A stretch of DNA of 64,000 bases, taken from positions 752 to 64,751 of the forward strand of contig JAFAFC010000035.1 of assembly GCA_023423715.1 (NCBI GenBank), given 5' to 3'. This document shows positions 58,009 to 64,000 of this stretch, piece after piece (within the stretch, counting starts at the first letter, position 1; each line of letters starts with the position of its first letter). Below the pieces are notes generated by a model, which was not told the origin of the DNA, did no database searches, and worked only from the letters and a program-made list of their open reading frames with translations. A program made the translations under genes and the position numbers. The DNA is from Bacteroidota bacterium. Lineage in GTDB: Bacteria > Bacteroidota > Bacteroidia > Flavobacteriales > Weeksellaceae.

Positions 58009-58992
58009 ATGGCAGAATATACTTTTCGTGAAGTTATTGCTCAGGCGATGAGTGAAGAAATGCGTAAAGACGAATCTATTTACCTAATGGGTGAAGAAGT
58101 GGCAGAGTACAACGGTGCTTACAAAGCTTCTAAAGGGATGTTAGATGAGTTTGGTGCTAAAAGAGTAATTGATACTCCAATTGCTGAACTCGGTTTTACA
58201 GGTATTGCAATCGGTTCTGCAATGAACGGGAATAGACCTATCGTAGAATATATGACCTTCAACTTTTGTCTTGTAGGTATTGACCAGATTATCAACAATG
58301 CTGCGAAAATTCGCCAGATGAGTGGTGGTCAATGGAATTGTCCAATCGTTTTTAGAGGGCCAACAGCTTCTGCTGGTCAGTTAGGAGCGACCCATTCACA
58401 GGCTTTAGAAAGTTGGTTTGCAAACTGTCCAGGTTTGAAGGTGGTTGTTCCATCTAATCCATATGATGCAAAAGGACTTTTGAAATCAGCTATTCAAGAT
58501 AACGATCCTGTGATTTTCATGGAATCTGAGCAGATGTATGGTGATAAAATGGAAGTTCCTGAAGAAGAATACTATTTGCCAATCGGTAAAGCAGATATCA
58601 AAAAAGAAGGAACAGACGTTACTTTGGTTTCTTTCGGTAAAATCATGAAATTGGCGCTTCAAGCAGCAGAAGACATGGAGAAAGAAGGGATTTCTGTAGA
58701 GGTGATCGATCTTAGAACGGTTCGTCCGTTAGATTACGATACTGTAATTAACTCTGTTAAGAAAACGAATCGTCTTGTGGTATTAGAAGAAGCGTGGCCA
58801 TTTGGTTCTGTAGCTTCAGAAATTACGTATATGGTTCAGCAATTAGCATTTGATTATTTGGATGCACCAATTAAGAGAATTACAACTCCAGATGCTCCAG
58901 CACCATATTCATCAGCATTATTTGCAGAATGGTTCCCGAAATTGGAGAAAGTAAAAGAAGAAATTAAGAAAGTAATGTATGTGAAAGCATAG
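58009..58992 (+). CDS. pdhB: Pyruvate/2-oxoacid dehydrogenase E1 component beta subunit
   Basis: 327 aa. The blocks REA...AM.EEM..D....LMGEEV..Y.GAYK, RV.DTPI.E and a transketolase C-terminal domain fit an E1 beta subunit. Confidence 0.9.
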   Translation: MAEYTFREVIAQAMSEEMRKDESIYLMGEEVAEYNGAYKASKGMLDEFGAKRVIDTPIAELGFTGIAIGSAMNGNRPIVEYMTFNFCLVGIDQIINNAAKIRQMSGGQWNCPIVFRGPTASAGQLGATHSQALESWFANCPGLKVVVPSNPYDAKGLLKSAIQDNDPVIFMESEQMYGDKMEVPEEEYYLPIGKADIKKEGTDVTLVSFGKIMKLALQAAEDMEKEGISVEVIDLRTVRPLDYDTVINSVKKTNRLVVLEEAWPFGSVASEITYMVQQLAFDYLDAPIKRITTPDAPAPYSSALFAEWFPKLEKVKEEIKKVMYVKA

Positions 58993-59010
58993 GCATACTT
59001 TAGTAAATAT

Positions 59011-59043
59011 AAAAAAAGGATAAGCATTGCTTGTCCTTTTTTT
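59011..59043 (+). terminator. Rho-independent terminator
   Basis: Stem AAAGGATAAGC/GCTTGTCCTTT (one G-U pair) followed by T7. Confidence 0.7.
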
Positions 59044-59125
59044 ATTTATATATACCTTTGAAATTAAGTTAATTAATGAAACGCAAATTGATGAAAGTTT
59101 TCGATGGTCAAATCAAAAATTCGTC

Positions 59126-59133
59126 TAAATTTG
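59126..59133 (+). promoter_or_regulatory. Candidate -7 box TAAATTTG for kup
   Basis: Exact TAnnTTTG match 27 nt upstream of the ATG at 59161. A second match, TACCTTTG, is at 59053-59060. Confidence 0.35.
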
Positions 59134-59160
59134 CATCCGTTTTTTAAAAACCACAAATTA

Positions 59161-61158
59161 ATGGCAACAGCATTAGAAGGAGGTCATCATTTTGACACCA
59201 AGAAACTTACTTTAATTGGAGTAATTGTATCACTAGGAATTGTATTTGGGGACATTGGGACCTCGCCATTATATGTGATGAAGGCGATTGTAAATGCTCG
59301 AAGCGAAGGTGCGCAAATGCCTTTTGAAGATTATATCGAAGGTGCTTTATCGTGTATTATTTGGACACTTACATTGCAAACAACAGTGAAATATGTGGTA
59401 ATTGCACTTCGTGCGGACAATAAAGGGGAAGGTGGAATTCTTTCTTTATATTCGCTTGTCAAGCGAATGAAAAAACGTTGGCTCTATCTAGTAGCTATTA
59501 TTGGAGCAGCGACCTTGGTTGCAGATTCCGTGATTACACCATCGTTAACGGTTATGTCCGCCATTGAAGGGTTGAAGATTTATAATCCAGATACGCCAGT
59601 TGTTCTTTATACGTTAATTATTCTATTCATCGTATTTGTGGTACAACAATTCGGAACCGCACAAATCGGAAAGTTCTTTGGGCCCATTATGATTACGTGG
59701 TTTCTAGCTTTAGGAGGATTTGGTGCGATGCATATTTTTGATCATGTTGAAATTATCAAGGCTTTCAATCCAATCTATGCCTACAACTTAATCACACATT
59801 CGCCAAGTGCAATTGTGATTATGGGAGCGGTTTTCCTTTGTACAACGGGTGCCGAAGCTTTATATTCGGATTTGGGACATTGTGGAAAATCAAATATCCG
59901 TGTGAGTTGGATCTTTGTTAAAATAATGTTGATTTTAAATTATTTAGGTCAAGGTGCTTGGTTATTAGATAATTATCATACCGTTGTTGCTCAGGGAATC
60001 AACCCTTTTTTCGGGATCATGCCATCTTGGGCGGTTTTTCCGGGTGTATTATTAGCGACAATGGCTGCGATTATTGCCAGTCAGGCGGTGATTACAGGTT
60101 CATTTACTATGTTCTCGGAAGCGATGTCAGTTGCCTTTTGGCCAAATCAAAAAATCAATTATCCTAGTGGTGTGAAGGGTCAAATGTATATTCCTCGTAT
60201 TAACTGGGGATTGATGATATTTTGTTTTATCGTGGTTCTTTATTTCCAAAAGTCAGAGCATATGGAAGCTGCGTATGGTTTAACAATTACCATTACGATG
60301 ATTATGACTTCGATATTACTCATTTTTTGGTTGAAACGCCATCGAGTTCATTTTGCTTTCATCGCACTTTTTGCTTTGGTTTATGGTAGTATTGAACTTG
60401 GATTTTTCTACGCCAACGTAATCAAATTCTTTGATGGAGGTTGGTTAACGATGGTTCTTGGAGGGTTTATCGCAGTTTGTATGTATGCTTGGTATAATGG
60501 ACGATTAATTAAAGCGAAATTTGTAAAATTCGTGAAATTCGATTCTTATGTTCCGATTATTAAGGATATGAAATTGGACGAAACCATCCCGAAATATGCT
60601 ACGAATCTTGCTTATTTAAGTAGAGCCAAAAGACAAGACGAAATCGAGTCTAAAATTATTTATTCAATTATTCGTAAGCAACCAAAACGCGCTGATCATT
60701 ATTTTATCTTGAGTATTATTAATCAGGAAGAGCCATACACATTTAAATATTATGTGGATGAAATTATGCCGGGTACGATTTATAAAGTTAATTTCTTGCT
60801 TGGATTTAAAATAGATCGTCGTATTAATGAGTATTTTGATCAAGTTCTGAACGATATGATGATGGATGACGAACTTCCTTCAAGAAGCGGTTACCAATCA
60901 TTGAGACAGCATAATGTACCGCCAGATTTGAAGTATGTTATTATTGATAATACATACATCAGCGATCGATTGCTTTCCTTGAAAGAGAAAATTACATTGA
61001 ATATTTACAATTTCGTGAAAGTTCTAGGAAGTGATGATTTTAAAGCTTGGGGAGTTACGCCGCATAACGTGGTTGTAGAATCGGCACCATTGGTGGATTC
61101 GTACATGTCGAGCACGCGAATTGAGCAAGTAGATTTCAAAAGACATCATAATTCCTAG
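59161..61158 (+). CDS. kup: KUP/HAK/KT-family potassium transporter
   Basis: The start MATALEGGHH... is followed by GVIVSLGIVFGDIGTSPLYV, the family signature. There are about 12 TM helices and a cytosolic C-terminal domain. Confidence 0.9.
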   Translation: MATALEGGHHFDTKKLTLIGVIVSLGIVFGDIGTSPLYVMKAIVNARSEGAQMPFEDYIEGALSCIIWTLTLQTTVKYVVIALRADNKGEGGILSLYSLVKRMKKRWLYLVAIIGAATLVADSVITPSLTVMSAIEGLKIYNPDTPVVLYTLIILFIVFVVQQFGTAQIGKFFGPIMITWFLALGGFGAMHIFDHVEIIKAFNPIYAYNLITHSPSAIVIMGAVFLCTTGAEALYSDLGHCGKSNIRVSWIFVKIMLILNYLGQGAWLLDNYHTVVAQGINPFFGIMPSWAVFPGVLLATMAAIIASQAVITGSFTMFSEAMSVAFWPNQKINYPSGVKGQMYIPRINWGLMIFCFIVVLYFQKSEHMEAAYGLTITITMIMTSILLIFWLKRHRVHFAFIALFALVYGSIELGFFYANVIKFFDGGWLTMVLGGFIAVCMYAWYNGRLIKAKFVKFVKFDSYVPIIKDMKLDETIPKYATNLAYLSRAKRQDEIESKIIYSIIRKQPKRADHYFILSIINQEEPYTFKYYVDEIMPGTIYKVNFLLGFKIDRRINEYFDQVLNDMMMDDELPSRSGYQSLRQHNVPPDLKYVIIDNTYISDRLLSLKEKITLNIYNFVKVLGSDDFKAWGVTPHNVVVESAPLVDSYMSSTRIEQVDFKRHHNS

Positions 61159-61186
61159 ACAAGGTTTCTATTTCTCCAAAAATCAG

Positions 61187-61194
61187 TATTTTTG
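61187..61194 (+). promoter_or_regulatory. Candidate -7 box TATTTTTG
   Basis: Exact TAnnTTTG match 12 nt upstream of the ATG at 61207. Confidence 0.35.
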
Positions 61195-61206
61195 TATCTT
61201 TATAGC

Positions 61207-61686
61207 ATGGCAATGGATACGAAACAGAAAGATTCAGATATAAAGGTGATCAAAGAAGTGTTGAGACAGTATTTACAGGATAACAAATTCCGTAATACGC
61301 CTGAACGATACACGATTTTAGAGGAAATTTATAATCTAGAACACCATTTTAATGTAGATGATTTGTATTTAATCATGATGAAGAAAAAATATCATGTTTC
61401 TAAAGCAACCATCTACAACACGATTGAGATATTTTTGGACGCTGGACTTATCAGAAAACATCAGTTTGGTGAGAAGACTTTGACTTCTTCTTCCTATGAA
61501 AAATCCTATTTTGATAAACAACATGACCATTTGGTGGTGTACAAAAAGGATTCGGATAAGGAGATTGAAGAAATCATTGAGTTTTGCGATCCAAGAATTC
61601 AAGGGATTAAAGAAGCTATTGAAGAAGCTTTTGGTGTACAAATTGATACCCACTCTTTATATTTCTACGGAACTAAGAAAGAGTAA
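61207..61686 (+). CDS. Fur-family transcriptional regulator with degenerate metal sites
   Basis: wHTH region R.TPERYTILEEIY...H...DDLY........VSKATIYNTIEIFLDAGLI. A QHDHLV block replaces the usual HHDH...C pattern, and there are no CxxC pairs. Confidence 0.7.
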   Translation: MAMDTKQKDSDIKVIKEVLRQYLQDNKFRNTPERYTILEEIYNLEHHFNVDDLYLIMMKKKYHVSKATIYNTIEIFLDAGLIRKHQFGEKTLTSSSYEKSYFDKQHDHLVVYKKDSDKEIEEIIEFCDPRIQGIKEAIEEAFGVQIDTHSLYFYGTKKE

Positions 61687-63425
61687 TGAAATACCTTCTT
61701 TTTTTATTTTTACTTTTCAGTACGTCTGCTTTTGCTCAGGTTAATCCTCAGCCAAAAACTCCCGTGCAGAGAGATCCTTTTTTACAAAAGAAACCGGATG
61801 CCAAGCAGCCTACGGAAATGATTAAGCATGTGCATTCCGATCGTTTTGGTGTGAGTAAAGATCGATACGATGGTAATCCTAATTTTACAGGAAGTGTCGT
61901 TTTCGAACATAAAGGCTCCACTTTATATGCGGATGATGTGGTTTTGTACAGTGAAGAAAACTTCATTAAAGCGTATGGAAATGTGAAGTTGGTGAATGCC
62001 GATGGTTCCGTGATTACAGCTCAAGAAATGGAGTATGACGGAAATACAGAACGTGGTGTTGCTAGAAAAAATGTGGTTCTTACCGATCCAAAGCAAACGA
62101 TCAAGACGGAAACACTTTACTACGAACGTCAAACCAACAAAGCGTATTTCAATACGGGTGGAACGATTACTGATGCTCAAAATACGATGTACACGAAGTC
62201 TGCGGTGTACAATGTTTCTACGAAGTTGATTGATTTTACGGGTGATGTTCGAATTGATAATCCAAAATATTTAGTTGAAGGAGTTAATATCCTTCATAAT
62301 CAAAATACCAACGTATCAACGTTTACGGGGCCAACAACGATTTATGACAAAGCAAATCGTTTGAATAAAATTTATACTGAAGAGGGAACGTTCAATCAGA
62401 ATACCGACGAAGTTTTTCTAAAAAAGAATTCCATCGTTTATTACAACAATAAAAAATTAACTGGAAACACCATTTATTTCAACCGAAATTCGGGTTATGG
62501 AAATGCAAAAGGCGATGTAACTTTGGATGATCCGCAAGAAAATAGATACATCAAAGGCGGTTATGGTGAAGTTTGGCAAAAAACGGATTCTGCGGTTGTG
62601 ACGGAGAAGCCGTACGCCGTTAAGATTTTTACTAAAGATTCCATGTATTTCGCAGCCGAAAAATTTATCACCTATCAAAAGCTTGATTCGGCAAATCCTC
62701 AAAAAAAATTAAGTTTCCTAAGAGCGTTTAAAAAAGCAAGAATGTACAAATCCAATGCTCAAGCTCGTGCAGATTCTCTAAGTTTCAACGAAACGGATGG
62801 AATTATGCATTTGGATGGAAAACCAATTTTGTGGAGCGGTTTTAAACAAGTTACGGGTGAAAAAATCGAAGCGTATTTTAATACGCAAACCGAGAATTTG
62901 GACTCTCTGAAAGTCATCAACAATGCAATTGCGATTAGCAAAGTGGATAGTTTGAATAATTTGGATGAGTTTGATCAAGTGAAAGGAAAACTGATGCATC
63001 TTATTTTTGAAAATGATCAAATAAAACAAGCGAATGTTATCGGGAATGCCCAAGCAATAACGTATGCGGATGACGTGGATGCGAAAACCAATAAAAAATC
63101 GAGAATTGGAATCAACCTAGCAACATGCGGAAAAATCGTCGCTGATTTTGAAGAGAAAAAAATCCAGATTGTTTCGTGTAATATCGGTTCCAATGGGGAA
63201 ATGATCCCAATGAGTTTGGTTTCCAAAGAAAAACGGTTTTTTCCAGATTTTAATTGGAATACAACCGATCGACTGAAAACTTGGCGCGATATTTTTGTGG
63301 AATCACCGAATTATCCTGCTACAATTTACGAATCTAAAAACGAGCTTTTCGATCAAGCTCAAGACAAAATAAAGAAAGAAAAAGAGAAAGAAGAAGCGAA
63401 AAAACCGAAACGAGTTCGTAAGTAA
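61686..63425 (+). CDS. OstA-like (LptA/LptD N-terminal fold repeats) periplasmic protein with a Lys-rich tail
   Basis: 579 aa with a signal peptide. Blocks of the form GNV.L.....I.A..MEYD... are repeated. The ATG overlaps the Fur-like TAA by 1 nt. Confidence 0.6.
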   Translation: MKYLLFLFLLFSTSAFAQVNPQPKTPVQRDPFLQKKPDAKQPTEMIKHVHSDRFGVSKDRYDGNPNFTGSVVFEHKGSTLYADDVVLYSEENFIKAYGNVKLVNADGSVITAQEMEYDGNTERGVARKNVVLTDPKQTIKTETLYYERQTNKAYFNTGGTITDAQNTMYTKSAVYNVSTKLIDFTGDVRIDNPKYLVEGVNILHNQNTNVSTFTGPTTIYDKANRLNKIYTEEGTFNQNTDEVFLKKNSIVYYNNKKLTGNTIYFNRNSGYGNAKGDVTLDDPQENRYIKGGYGEVWQKTDSAVVTEKPYAVKIFTKDSMYFAAEKFITYQKLDSANPQKKLSFLRAFKKARMYKSNAQARADSLSFNETDGIMHLDGKPILWSGFKQVTGEKIEAYFNTQTENLDSLKVINNAIAISKVDSLNNLDEFDQVKGKLMHLIFENDQIKQANVIGNAQAITYADDVDAKTNKKSRIGINLATCGKIVADFEEKKIQIVSCNIGSNGEMIPMSLVSKEKRFFPDFNWNTTDRLKTWRDIFVESPNYPATIYESKNELFDQAQDKIKKEKEKEEAKKPKRVRK

Positions 63426-63480
63426 CGAGGTTTTTGCTAACTATTTTCTATCCTTTTCTTTTGCTATTCAATTTTACTAA

Positions 63481-64000
63481 AATGAATACGAAATCAGATT
63501 TTTTTACCTACCAAGCGCAAACAACGCCGTTTGCTGCGGGTTTCGAAGTGGAGAAAGCTTCAGGAAGTTATATTTATGGAAAAGACGGCCGAAAATACTT
63601 GGACTTTGTTGCCGGTGTTTCTGCTAATACATTGGGACATTCGCATCCAAAAGTCGTTCAAGCCATCAAAGATCAGGCAGATTCGTATTTGCATGTCATG
63701 GTTTATGGCGAATATGCTCAAGAGAAACCAGTTGAGTTATGTCGACTTTTAGCGGAAGGAACGCCTGAGCCTTTAGAAGTTACGTATTTGGTGAATTCTG
63801 GTGCGGAAGCTATTGATGGCGCGTTGAAATTAGCAAAGCGATATACAGGTCGTGAGCAAATTATCTCGATGGTTGATTCGTATCACGGAAATACACATGG
63901 TGCACTTTCGGTTTCAGGGAATGAAACGCATAAGCGGGAATTTCGTCCTTTGCTTCCGATGGTTGATTTTATTCAATTCAATGATGAATCCGAATTCGAG
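63481..64000 (+). CDS. Class-III (acetylornithine/GABA-type) PLP aminotransferase, 5' part, running off the window
   Basis: My manual translation reads MNTKSDFFTYQAQTTPF...GSYIYGKDGRKYLDFVAGVSANTLGHSHPKVV...VNSGAEAIDGALKLAKRYTGR...SYHGNTHGALS. It is absent from the ORF track because the frame is still open at the window end. Confidence 0.8.

Noticed and set aside
59104-59160. 19-codon N-terminal extension of the kup ORF
   Set aside because: An exact -7 box (59126-59133) lies inside the extension. The ATG at 59161 gives an N-terminus followed shortly by the conserved FGDIGTSPLYV block at the usual distance.
1-64000. Searched for CRISPR arrays, tRNA/rRNA/tmRNA genes, transposases, integrases, restriction-modification systems, toxin-antitoxin pairs, reverse transcriptases and other defence-island signatures
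   Set aside because: I saw no repeat-spacer arrays, no GC-rich structured RNA segments in the intergenic regions, and no ORF with motifs for recombinase, RT, nuclease-ATPase or other defence proteins. By eye the window looks like core chromosome. Composition-based island detection would need computation I cannot do here.

Overview
Low-GC chromosomal segment that looks like Bacteroidota, most likely Flavobacteriales. Support: a T9SS type-B C-terminal sorting domain, bshA, DUF2851/DUF4292/DUF3109-type genes, and many TAnnTTTG -7 promoter boxes. I found about 60 protein genes and no rRNA, tRNA, CRISPR array, transposase, integrase or recognisable defence system. Most of the window is housekeeping.

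Main blocks:
- 1-5421: nitrite-ammonification module nrfH-nrfA plus ResB/CcsA-like haem-attachment genes, with a divergent AlgE-type porin and an Rrf2 regulator.
- 10413-25911: envelope and redox genes, including bshA, a GH3 enzyme, tatA, an M23/EnvC-like protein, a flippase and pyrC.
- 25964-42085: secreted hydrolases and surface proteins. These are an M16 peptidase, a 1201-aa adhesin-like protein with a 185-aa partner, GH89, an M1 peptidase, an EEP protein and a T9SS type-B cargo.
- 42281-44875: clpB.
- 45137-51634: a phenylacetate (paa) operon.
- 53817-57311: a GT39/GT2/flippase-like envelope-glycosylation triad.
- 58009 to the window end: pdhB, kup, a Fur-like gene coupled to an OstA-like gene, and a partial class-III aminotransferase.

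Most interesting observations:
1. An unnamed ~60-74 aa module is present twice in the 185-aa protein and once at the C-terminus of the adjacent 1201-aa protein, which lacks a visible T9SS sorting domain.
2. Three intercistronic spacers of the paa operon carry long AT-rich imperfect hairpins. Two of them share a 21/22-identical 22-mer.
3. The GT2 gene of the glycosylation triad is split by a +1 frameshift in a T6 run.
4. A 433-bp non-coding leader with exactly spaced direct repeats lies upstream of the adhesin gene.

All functional calls come from reading motifs by eye. No database search was run.
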